Source of the DNA: Candidatus Bathyarchaeia archaeon
GTDB taxonomy: Archaea > Thermoproteota > Bathyarchaeia > 40CM-2-53-6
Length of the DNA stretch: 64,000 nucleotides
NCBI GenBank assembly: GCA_049513715.1
Contig: JBEKVV010000001.1
Location: 832,223-896,222 of the forward strand
Reading direction: 5' to 3'
The position numbers were made by a program, and so were the translations under genes. The notes under the pieces were generated by a model. The model saw only the letters and a program-made list of their open reading frames with translations, had not been told where the DNA came from and searched no databases. This document shows positions 48,079 to 57,070 of the stretch, piece by piece. Numbering within the stretch: the stretch's first letter is position 1; each line of letters opens with the position of its first letter.

Positions 48079-48161
48079 TAGTCAAAACTACGCGCCAATG
48101 GGTTCTACCTGCAACGGCTAGGGAGCAGTTGCGCGATTTCTCTCGCGCGACACCACGAAGT

Positions 48162-48356
48162 CTAGGGCCTTAGTGTGGCGGTGAGGTCATTAGGATCCAC
48201 ATGGCCTCTCCGGGCACCAGCCAAGTGGACACTGTTGCTCTGGTCCACGTGCCTTGGGCGTTGTCGTAGGTCCAAACATTGTTGACATCCTACGCTCCAG
48301 CAAAGCTTGAGACATAGGATCCGACTGGTTCATTGCTCACGGTTGAAGGCATGGGC
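48162..48356 (-). pseudogene. Orphan decayed GWNL C-terminal domain (second half)
   Basis: Own translation NEPVGSYVSSFAGA*DVNNVWTYDNAQGTWTRATVSTWLVPGEAMWILMTS/ATLRP* with one nonsense codon and one frameshift. Confidence 0.85.
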
Positions 48357-48490
48357 GCCTGAAATCAGTTCTTCCAAGAGCAACCGGTAATTCCAAACGT
48401 TGTTCACCCATTGTCAGCGAAGAGCAAGCCATAGGAATATTCCGTACGGCATGAGAAGCGCTAATTACTCGTAAACGCGGAATACCAATT

Positions 48491-50929
48491 GTGAGAATGT
48501 CTTCAGTGATGATTATGCAAAGGCTAAGATCAGTTTTCTGCGCGGTAATGTTCCTCGCGCTTTCCTTCTACTTGAGTTCTGCGGGTGTAATTCCACCCAT
48601 TCTCGTACCAGTTCACGCAGCACCATTGTTCTCGACTACGCTGATCGTTCCGACCAATAATCCGGTGAGGGTCGAATACGCGAAGAAGATAACTAGAAAC
48701 ATGGTTGCCCTCGGAATTGATGCTAAACTAGTCCAACTCAGCTTCAGCGATCTTGCCAATAGGTTGTTCTTCTCCGGGGTTCCCCAGGGTGCCACTTACG
48801 CTGCTGGTGGCTACGATATTGGATTCATAGGCTGGGGCTACACCAATCCGATTCCTGACTTCGCAAGCAACCTGTACGGCTCCTCAGGTTCGTGGGCTCC
48901 CAATGGTAACAACTACGCGCTTTACAGCAATCCACAAGTGAACTCTCTATTTGATCAATTCTACGGAACAACCGACACAAACCAGCAAATCAGCACGTTG
49001 AACCAGATACAAGAAAAAGTCTTTCATGACAAACCATACAACTACATTTACGAAGCGGCAGCGCTGCTCCCGAGGGAGCAAAAGTGGCTCTCCTGGGGAA
49101 AACAGAATGTTTCCACCGTCGTGACTTTTCCTGACATTCAGCAATGGTCGGGAGGAACGGAGTTAACCCTTGCCGAGCAGAACAGGGCGCTTCCCGATAG
49201 CGGGTTAAATCCAGCCATCACGAACAAGGCCAACACATTTGCTGCTTTCTATATTTACAATCCGATAATGTTTTCCGGCGCGGGCCTTCAAGACACGGAT
49301 GGCAGGGATCAAACATTCTATCCGGCGCTCGCGACGAGTATCAGCTCAACTCCTGATCAGTTGATTTGGACGATTAACATAAGACACGGTGCAACTTTCC
49401 AGAGCGGAGTTGAGATCACAGCCGATGATTTCGTCTGGACCCGTTGGGCAATGCTGAACCCTGCCACTGCATCCGTAAACCATCAAACTGACGTGAGCGC
49501 ACTGGGTAACGTTGTTGACTTCACATTTCTTAACGGGACCACTGTTACACTTGACAATCGTGCCTCAACCAGCGATCCCATCAGGCACGGCTTGTGGAAG
49601 GCGACTGGCGAATACCAGTTCCAGTTTCATTTACCTAGCGTGAATGCCTTTACAAGGCAGACGTACGCTGCTTTTGCTCCACTGCCAAAACACATCCTCG
49701 AAAAATTCCCGTCGAATACTTGGGATACGATACCGTTCAGCACAGCCATCTCACCATACCTCTACACCTGGGACACGGGGAAATATGGTGGATCCGGATC
49801 ATATACGGCGGTTGGACCAGTTGGAGCAGGTCCATATTATCTTCAAACCTACGATTTCACAAATAACATTGCAACACTGAAGAAGTACGCCGGGTACTGG
49901 AACGCTACTGGCCTGGGAGCACTTGGCCGTTTCACCGTCGACACCTACAAAGTTCAGTGGATTAGTGACAAGGCATCAGCAATCTCTGCGCTGGAAAACG
50001 GACAAGTGAATGTTCTAGAATACAACTACCAGTTCAACGGCAATGACGCGACGTCTCTTCAGAACATGGGATTCAACGTGAACAGATCGCCCTCATTAGG
50101 TTGGCAAGAGCAAGCATTCAACTTGAAACACCCAGTATTCGGAACAGGAGTCGCCACCCCACTTGGGCAAAACGATCCTTCGCAAGCAGCGGAAGCAGCG
50201 AGGCACGTGAGAACAGCAATAAGTCATCTGATCCCAAGGAACCAAATCACGAACGATCTGCTTGGAGGACTAGGATACCCGCTAGCTAGCTGGGTCGGAC
50301 CCGGCTGGGAACAATACTATGATTCTGCGTTGGTCCCGGACAGCTATGATTTGAACGCTGCCGCGGCTGAATTGCGAGCGGCTGGATATCAGGTTGCTTC
50401 ATTCGTCGCTGAGGTTCCTCTCGTCGTCGGTTGGAACCTGATCTCTTTCCCTGTGGTTCCTGCGGCCAGCTCGATCACGGCGGTGCTTGCTCAACTTCCG
50501 CAAGGTGAGGTCACGGTTGTGTGGAGTTACACAGGTACCGGTTCCTCAAGGAGTTGGATGCTTTACAAGCCTGGAACAGGAGGAACGCTAACCACGATGG
50601 TGGATGGGAATGGATATTGGATCTTCATGTCGAGCGCGGATACCTTGTACATTTTGGGCGACATCATCGTCCCAGGTTCTCTTCCACCTGCCTACTCTCT
50701 CGTGCCAGGATGGAATCTCGTCGGGTTCAAGCCGCAACCATCGATCGCAAATGAGACAGTCCACGACTACCTCAGCAGCATTTCAGGCAAATACGATCCG
50801 AACAACGTGTGGGTTTACAACAATACGAGCACCAATTGGACTCGAGCTCAGGGTTCGACCTGGCTTGTTCCAAATCAGGCATTGTGGGTACTAGTGAACT
50901 CGACCATTACTGTGACACTGAGACCGTAG
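48491..50929 (+). CDS. Family-5 (Opp/Dpp-like) ABC substrate-binding protein, circularly permuted, + GWNL C-terminal domain (copy 4)
   Basis: PALATS..W...IRHGATFQSG.EITADD, VGAGPY, VRTAISHLIPR motifs; C-terminal domain from ~50411 ending VTLRP. Confidence 0.85.
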   Translation: MRMSSVMIMQRLRSVFCAVMFLALSFYLSSAGVIPPILVPVHAAPLFSTTLIVPTNNPVRVEYAKKITRNMVALGIDAKLVQLSFSDLANRLFFSGVPQGATYAAGGYDIGFIGWGYTNPIPDFASNLYGSSGSWAPNGNNYALYSNPQVNSLFDQFYGTTDTNQQISTLNQIQEKVFHDKPYNYIYEAAALLPREQKWLSWGKQNVSTVVTFPDIQQWSGGTELTLAEQNRALPDSGLNPAITNKANTFAAFYIYNPIMFSGAGLQDTDGRDQTFYPALATSISSTPDQLIWTINIRHGATFQSGVEITADDFVWTRWAMLNPATASVNHQTDVSALGNVVDFTFLNGTTVTLDNRASTSDPIRHGLWKATGEYQFQFHLPSVNAFTRQTYAAFAPLPKHILEKFPSNTWDTIPFSTAISPYLYTWDTGKYGGSGSYTAVGPVGAGPYYLQTYDFTNNIATLKKYAGYWNATGLGALGRFTVDTYKVQWISDKASAISALENGQVNVLEYNYQFNGNDATSLQNMGFNVNRSPSLGWQEQAFNLKHPVFGTGVATPLGQNDPSQAAEAARHVRTAISHLIPRNQITNDLLGGLGYPLASWVGPGWEQYYDSALVPDSYDLNAAAAELRAAGYQVASFVAEVPLVVGWNLISFPVVPAASSITAVLAQLPQGEVTVVWSYTGTGSSRSWMLYKPGTGGTLTTMVDGNGYWIFMSSADTLYILGDIIVPGSLPPAYSLVPGWNLVGFKPQPSIANETVHDYLSSISGKYDPNNVWVYNNTSTNWTRAQGSTWLVPNQALWVLVNSTITVTLRP

Positions 50930-51130
50930 AGAACGAGCAAAGCTCACTGCTTCCAGCGCACACGCGAAGTGGAGCTTTTCAGCAATCCTCCCAAACGCTC
51001 TACGAGAAATTACTATTTCGCATCTTCTTTCCGATAAATCGAATGAAGCATGTAGTACGCCGCGGCTCTCCACCGACAACGGCCTACACGCCAAAAGGAT
51101 TCAATGCGCTAAACGCATAAAAGCTGAGCC

Positions 51131-52309
51131 GTGAATGTGGATTTCATGTCTAGTTCTGATGGAAAGAGTCAGGATTCTCCTGCAGTGACGAGACGGAGGT
51201 TTCTCAGAAAAGTCGCCATGGCAGGCACGCTAGGAGGGGCGGGTATCGCTCTAGGTTCACCTGAAGGTGCGTTCGGTTCGATAAGCCCCAAAGCTGGGGA
51301 AAGAGTCTCTTTCGATGTGGAGGGGTCTAGCTACATCGTCTACATTGACGCGGGCGTTGTGAAGGCTCGTAACGGAAGTACGGGCGTGATCGACTACGCC
51401 GGCCCGGATGCACAGACCGTATTGCAGCAGACGATAAATGCTCTCGGGACTGGGGGGCTAATCATTCTGAGGCGAGGCACCTACAACCTCGCGAGAACTC
51501 TCACACTCAAACCGGGTGTATCACTACTTGGAGAAGGAAGCGACTCCTCATTTCAGGAGATAGTCACAATCCCTGTGACGAGACTCCTGTGGACCGGACT
51601 TGTGGGTGGAACAATTGTTCAGACGGATGCCGGCTCACCTTGGACAGGGTCAATCAGAGACTTAGTCATCGACGGCAATTGGACAGCATTGCGCTGTCTG
51701 ATTCTGACCGCTCCTAACGGCGGCTATTTTGAAAACATAAACATCTATCGTGCCAATGATCTCTCGAACGGAACTAAGGCGCAAGGCTTACTCGTCACAA
51801 CGTCGCAGACGATTAACGGTAATGCAGTTCTAAACACCTTCAATCGGGTTTTCGTAGGCTGGACACGAGGCATCGGCGTGGAACTCTCCGGCACACCTCC
51901 TTTGGGCTCGCAAGCTGAAAAACCCGTGACGCTAAATCTTTTCCAGAACTGCCGATTCGCGGGAGCATCAGTTTCACTCAGGATAACGCAGTGGGCAGAC
52001 ACGAACACCATCGTCGGTGGGAGAATAGAGATAAATGAACCAAACGGCATTGGGGTGCTGCTGGGTGACCCGTCTCTAACCTCTGATTCTGGAGTGGGCC
52101 AAAATTTCTTCTACGGCACTCCAATTGATTCATCGGGAACCAGCACGACAGGTATCCAAGCCAACTTCAATCGTCAATACAACTACTTCTACCATTGTCC
52201 TTTCGGAGGTAGCTGGGGAAGCAACAAGGTTGTTTGGACCAATGATTCCAAACTCAAACTCGTTGACTGTCCTAGTTTTGTAGATAATGGTTCGTGGTCA
52301 TTTCCCTGA
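51131..52309 (+). CDS. Tat-exported right-handed beta-helix (pectate-lyase-3-like) protein
   Basis: TRRRFLRK twin-arginine signal; LQQTINALGTGGLIILRRGTY...GVSLLGEG; IRDLVIDGN. Confidence 0.8.
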   Translation: MNVDFMSSSDGKSQDSPAVTRRRFLRKVAMAGTLGGAGIALGSPEGAFGSISPKAGERVSFDVEGSSYIVYIDAGVVKARNGSTGVIDYAGPDAQTVLQQTINALGTGGLIILRRGTYNLARTLTLKPGVSLLGEGSDSSFQEIVTIPVTRLLWTGLVGGTIVQTDAGSPWTGSIRDLVIDGNWTALRCLILTAPNGGYFENINIYRANDLSNGTKAQGLLVTTSQTINGNAVLNTFNRVFVGWTRGIGVELSGTPPLGSQAEKPVTLNLFQNCRFAGASVSLRITQWADTNTIVGGRIEINEPNGIGVLLGDPSLTSDSGVGQNFFYGTPIDSSGTSTTGIQANFNRQYNYFYHCPFGGSWGSNKVVWTNDSKLKLVDCPSFVDNGSWSFP

Positions 52310-52344
52310 AACTCCTTCCACACTCCAGTTGTGAGATTTGATTC

Positions 52345-54339
52345 ATGGTATGCAGCAAGTTCCTCTCATTTCTGGTAATTTTGTTGGCGTTCTCGATGTT
52401 CCCTCAATCGATTTCCGATTTGAGGGCAGCACCAACTAGGCAGAACCACTCACCTGCGCCATCCGGAGACAAAAGCTTTGGAATTGCATGGAAATCAAAA
52501 GCTCCTACCGAGCATGCTCGGCAATTCGAACTGAACATAACCTCTCTCGCCACACCACTAGCCCAGAATGACCCCAGCGTCGCCGATAACCCGCTGGACT
52601 CTGGCAACATCATAATCGCCGATATTGAGCATATCGACACTAATTCCGGACCGACAAGCCACATCAAGATTCACTCCTCACTTGACAAGGGAGCAACTTG
52701 GCTCACCCGGGAAGCGCCCAACAGTACCACAGGCTACCCATCATACTACTTCGCTTCAGCTTCGTTTGACGGAGGAGGAAATGCGTACATTGCGTACCTG
52801 GATTCATGGGGCGAAGTCACGGTTACGAAATCCTCTGACAAAGGTCTGACTTGGTCTAATCCAGCGATCGTAGTGCAACCGTTAGGAAACAATGAAACAG
52901 ACGACTACCCGAAGATCACTGTCGACAGATGGTCTTCAAGCCCGCAAGTCGGTGCGATATATGTCACATTTACTCGCCTCAACTACACCGCCAATACGCG
53001 GTCTATCCTGTTTTCTCGTTCGACAGATACGAGCATGACATGGTCAAAGCCAGTGACAATAAGTTCGCTGCCCGGTGCCGATTGTCCGAACTCACCTACC
53101 ATCTGCCGAAAGGAACAGGGGCCAATGCCGGCTGTAGGTCCCGACGGCACAATTTACGTAGCGTTCTACGATTCGACATCGGACGGCATACCAGGGCTAA
53201 ACGGGGTCCCAATTGAAACAGGGGTATTCCAGATAATTCTCAGACAATCAACAGACGGAGGTACAACCTGGTCAGCGCCATCAATTGCTGCAACACTCCC
53301 TGAAATCGGACTCTTTCTGCCGCCGAACAATCTATGGGTATGGCCAAGCCAATTTCCAATCATTACGACGGGACCGAACGGCTATGTCTATATTGTGACG
53401 ACAGCTCGCCCATCAACTACTGGAACATCACGAATCTGTATCTTGAGATCATTCGACCACGGAAAGAGTTGGACCCCATGCGTTACAGTCAATGATGACT
53501 CTTCAGGAAGAGGACATTTCTTCCCTTGGATTACGGTTCGAAGAGACAATAGCATTCACGTAATCTTCGGAGATAGGCGCGACGATCCATCCGACCTTAA
53601 GTACAATATCTATTACACGTACTCGAATGATTTCGGCACCAGTTACACGACAAATCGTAGACTCACGACGATTGAGTCTGACCCGACCTGGAACTTCGGC
53701 GACTATGTCGGTGATTACTTCGGGCTCTCGTCGACAGATCAATTCGTCAACGCTGTTTGGACAGACACAAGAAACGCAGCGATTTCCGGACAGGATATTT
53801 TCGCCACATTTGTTGATGCGCCTCTATACTCGATAAGACTGCTTTCAGGGTGGAACCTGATCTCGCTACCGCTTATTCCCGACAATCCGTCTATTACGAT
53901 CTTGCTTAGTACGCAGATTCAAACAAAGAACGTGGTTGTCGTATGGACATTTTCATCCACCTCAAGATCCTGGTTGGTGTTCATCCCAGACAAGGCTAGC
54001 ACGTTTACAACCATGAAGGACGGAGCTGGGTATTGGGTCTACATGCAGACTGCTGACACATTGTATCTTGACGGCACCGTTATCGCGCCTGTATCTACCC
54101 CGCCATCATATTCTCTAATTCAGGGCTGGAACTTGGTGGGCTTCAAACCGCAACCATCTATTCAGAGTGAGAGTGTCGGTCAGTATTTGTCCAGCATTAC
54201 AGGCAACTATGACCCAAACAACGTCTGGGCATACGATAACACCTCAGGGGGTTGGATACGAGCGCACGCAGGCTACATGCTAGAACCCGGGCAGGCATTG
54301 TGGATCCTAATGACTGCCCCCGCTACGCTTCGACCATGA
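52345..54339 (+). CDS. Secreted BNR/Asp-box (sialidase-like) beta-propeller + GWNL C-terminal domain (copy 5)
   Basis: S.D.G.TW Asp-boxes (SLDKGATW, SSDKGLTW, STDGGTTW, SFDHGKSW, SNDFGTSY); GDYFGL; C-terminal domain from ~53830. Confidence 0.88.
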   Translation: MVCSKFLSFLVILLAFSMFPQSISDLRAAPTRQNHSPAPSGDKSFGIAWKSKAPTEHARQFELNITSLATPLAQNDPSVADNPLDSGNIIIADIEHIDTNSGPTSHIKIHSSLDKGATWLTREAPNSTTGYPSYYFASASFDGGGNAYIAYLDSWGEVTVTKSSDKGLTWSNPAIVVQPLGNNETDDYPKITVDRWSSSPQVGAIYVTFTRLNYTANTRSILFSRSTDTSMTWSKPVTISSLPGADCPNSPTICRKEQGPMPAVGPDGTIYVAFYDSTSDGIPGLNGVPIETGVFQIILRQSTDGGTTWSAPSIAATLPEIGLFLPPNNLWVWPSQFPIITTGPNGYVYIVTTARPSTTGTSRICILRSFDHGKSWTPCVTVNDDSSGRGHFFPWITVRRDNSIHVIFGDRRDDPSDLKYNIYYTYSNDFGTSYTTNRRLTTIESDPTWNFGDYVGDYFGLSSTDQFVNAVWTDTRNAAISGQDIFATFVDAPLYSIRLLSGWNLISLPLIPDNPSITILLSTQIQTKNVVVVWTFSSTSRSWLVFIPDKASTFTTMKDGAGYWVYMQTADTLYLDGTVIAPVSTPPSYSLIQGWNLVGFKPQPSIQSESVGQYLSSITGNYDPNNVWAYDNTSGGWIRAHAGYMLEPGQALWILMTAPATLRP

Positions 54340-54410
54340 TTCGGCCAGAACAATACCGAGAAAATCGCTTTTGCGTTCGAGAAGTGGCATAATCGATATT
54401 GGACCCACCG

Positions 54411-56102
54411 TTAAGGTCGGAGTGTCGCGCCGCTTGGCGATGTGACTAGGATCCACATTGCCTGGCCCGGCACTACCCAAGTCGATGATGTCGCGCGAAT
54501 CCATGCGCCACCTGCGTTATCGTATATCCACACATTGTTCTGATCGTAACTTCCAGAAATGCTCATCAGATATTGTCCAATTGTCTCGTTTTGGATTGTG
54601 GGCTCAGGTTTGAAGCCGGCCAGATTCCAGCCCGCAGCCAAGGAGTAGCTAGGCGGAGTTGAGGCAGGCGGTATGACATACCCCACAACCGTCATGTTCA
54701 CCGCGTCATTCACGTACACCCAGTAACCCTTCCCGTCAACCATCGTCTTCAGCGCTCCCGAACTGGGTGGTGTGAAGAAAGACCAAGCAGGCGAAGGCGT
54801 AGGAGAATAACACCAAACAATCTTCAGCTCATGCAATTGAATCAACGGATTGAGAAGCTTGTCAATTGAGGTCTGTGCAGGCGCGATGGGGAGGGAGACA
54901 AGGTTCCAACCGGCCTGGAATTGCAGCAGGAACCCAGTTAAACCTGAAGAAGCCTGATACATCAAGACACGATTATCATGAACGTCGCTAATCCACAAAT
55001 CCCCGACTCCATCAAACCCCACGCCAATCGGTAGACTCAGTCCAGTCTGTGTTGTCGCCGCTGCGTTTCCGGTGAAGTCAGCTTGACCAATGACCACGTT
55101 CGCCGCCATACCCGTCGCTAAGGCAGGCCCAAACTTCAACACACGAGCATTAGCGCAATCAGCAACCCACATGTTACCGGACGCATCAAACCCTAATCCC
55201 CTGGGGTGGTGGAGCCGGTCCGAAGCTGTGCCGGGTACACTGGTAACGAAGTCCGGGTGCCCGATGACCAGAGTCGCCGCCATGCCAGTAGCGAAGGGAG
55301 GCTTGAACATCAAAATACGATTATTCACTTCATCAGCGACGCAAAGGTTTCCAGCCGAATCAAAGCCTAAGTCATAAGGCCAATTGAAACCGGTTTGATT
55401 CAGGGCACCCCCGCCCCAGCTGAAGCTCTTGTGGCCGATGACGAGACTGGCAGCCATCCCATTGGCAAAAGGAGGCTTGAACATCAAAACACGATTGTTT
55501 TCTTGATCGGAGACCCATAGATTGCCAGCCGAGTCGAAAGTTAGAGCAGACGGATTGTCGAACCCGGTCTGTGTTGTTGCCTGACCATTGTGTGTGAAAT
55601 CGGATTGTCCGATTACTGTATTCGCTGCCATGCCATTGCTGAACGGGGGTTTGAACATCAACACACGATTGTTCAGTGTGTCCGCGACCCACAAGTTTCC
55701 GGACGGGTCGAAGGTAATACCATACGGATGATCAAGCCCGGTCTGACTTGTCACTGCACTGGAGTGAGTGAAATCTGTTTGACCTATGACGAAACTGGCC
55801 GCCATCCCATTGGCAAAAGGAGGCTTAAACATCAACACACGACTATTTTGAGCGTCCGCGACCCACAAGTTTCCTAGAAAATCAAAACCCAAACGAACCG
55901 GATTATACAAACCTGTTTGAGTCGTACTGAAACCGGAACTTACAAAATCCGTCTGGCCGATCACCAAGCTTGCTGGCATGCCTGTTGTAAAGGCGTACGC
56001 ATGGATCAGTAGACTCAACAAGATTGATGTTGAAATGAAGGCGCAGAGTACATGCTTCCTAACCCGCAAGCCGCCCCTAAGATTCCCTTCAACCATACGC
56101 AC
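54411..56102 (-). CDS. Secreted NHL-like repeat protein (VIGQ.DF type) + GWNL C-terminal domain (copy 6)
   Basis: Six GM.A..VIGQ.DF.......TGL..P..L.FD..GNLWV.D..N.RVLMF repeats; C-terminal domain 54411-~54930. Confidence 0.88.
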   Translation of the reverse strand: MRMVEGNLRGGLRVRKHVLCAFISTSILLSLLIHAYAFTTGMPASLVIGQTDFVSSGFSTTQTGLYNPVRLGFDFLGNLWVADAQNSRVLMFKPPFANGMAASFVIGQTDFTHSSAVTSQTGLDHPYGITFDPSGNLWVADTLNNRVLMFKPPFSNGMAANTVIGQSDFTHNGQATTQTGFDNPSALTFDSAGNLWVSDQENNRVLMFKPPFANGMAASLVIGHKSFSWGGGALNQTGFNWPYDLGFDSAGNLCVADEVNNRILMFKPPFATGMAATLVIGHPDFVTSVPGTASDRLHHPRGLGFDASGNMWVADCANARVLKFGPALATGMAANVVIGQADFTGNAAATTQTGLSLPIGVGFDGVGDLWISDVHDNRVLMYQASSGLTGFLLQFQAGWNLVSLPIAPAQTSIDKLLNPLIQLHELKIVWCYSPTPSPAWSFFTPPSSGALKTMVDGKGYWVYVNDAVNMTVVGYVIPPASTPPSYSLAAGWNLAGFKPEPTIQNETIGQYLMSISGSYDQNNVWIYDNAGGAWIRATSSTWVVPGQAMWILVTSPSGATLRP

Positions 56103-56497
56103 AATTCCCTCTTTGGATACAGCCTCAGCTAAGCTGACGGAATATGCAGGCCCCCAGAACTTGTAAATTGTGCACGCGAAGAATATACTGTCGCAAATAG
56201 TAAATACTCTAGGTACTCCGTCACCTCAATCCAATGCTTGGCTCATGCTTGCCGCCTGGAACCGCCTCTCTACGCGGAAGCAAGTCCTGTACAAGTTGCC
56301 TCCGAGTCATCTATCGACCGTAATTATCGGCAATGGGACGCGCGCCCCGCGAGAGTGCTGCTGACATACGATGTCGAAGGTTCGAATCCCCCAGCGTCGC
56401 CCCCACAATTGAATTCTGGGTTGTTACCAAACGGTCTTTTTGGCAGTGACAGAATACGTATGACCATGTTTCCATGTTTCCATGTAGGCGTGATTCC

Positions 56498-56659
56498 ATG
56501 GAAGTTGTTGGTAAGTCTACTATTACGGGAAAATATCAATTGACGCTCCCGAAATTTGTAAGAGAATTCCTCAGAGCTGACAACGGCGACCTAATAGTGT
56601 TCATCAAGGACCACGATACGATTCTGGTAAAACGAGGCACCGTGAAGATCGAGGAATAA
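56498..56659 (+). CDS. Stand-alone AbrB/MazE-type DNA-binding protein
   Basis: MEVVGKSTITGKYQLTLPKFVREFL....GDLIVF; tandem CCATGTTT repeats upstream (56464-56485). Confidence 0.8.
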   Translation: MEVVGKSTITGKYQLTLPKFVREFLRADNGDLIVFIKDHDTILVKRGTVKIEE

Positions 56660-56674
56660 ACCTCTCAGGCGCTG

Positions 56675-57070
56675 ATGCATGGAGGCCTTCAGGATCCGCT
56701 GATTGAATTGCGACAACCACAACTCGGCAGAGAGTTCAACGATGCCTTGGTCGAATCCATAGACGAGACCATAACTGATCTGCTTAGCCAAGCCGTGGTT
56801 GATGCGCTATACGCTCATCTACAAACATTTCACTATATTTCGAGGGATGAGATCCCTCACAGACTTGACACTCTACTCACTACTCTGGAGAAGATTTTTG
56901 GCGTTCGCAGTTCGCAGACCATAACAAAGGCCATCGCCAGAAGATTCTACCTCAAATTGGGGCTCGAGTTCACAGACAATCCGAGTCGCACTCTGCTCGA
57001 ATATGTTGACGAGGCGAAGATGAAGCTGCAGAACTCATCATCCAAGTGGCTGGGTACATGTGTTGATTGA
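56675..57070 (+). CDS. DUF3227/NitrOD5-like signalling-associated protein
   Basis: LVESIDETITDLL....ALY.HL......RDEIP.....L...LEKIFG; overlaps the kinase start. Confidence 0.65.
   Translation: MHGGLQDPLIELRQPQLGREFNDALVESIDETITDLLSQAVVDALYAHLQTFHYISRDEIPHRLDTLLTTLEKIFGVRSSQTITKAIARRFYLKLGLEFTDNPSRTLLEYVDEAKMKLQNSSSKWLGTCVD

Noticed and set aside
56320..56410. Possible tRNA gene (GGTTCGAATCCC motif)
   Set aside because: T-stem pairing is imperfect and no D-arm, anticodon arm or matching acceptor stem could be folded; at most a degenerate scar
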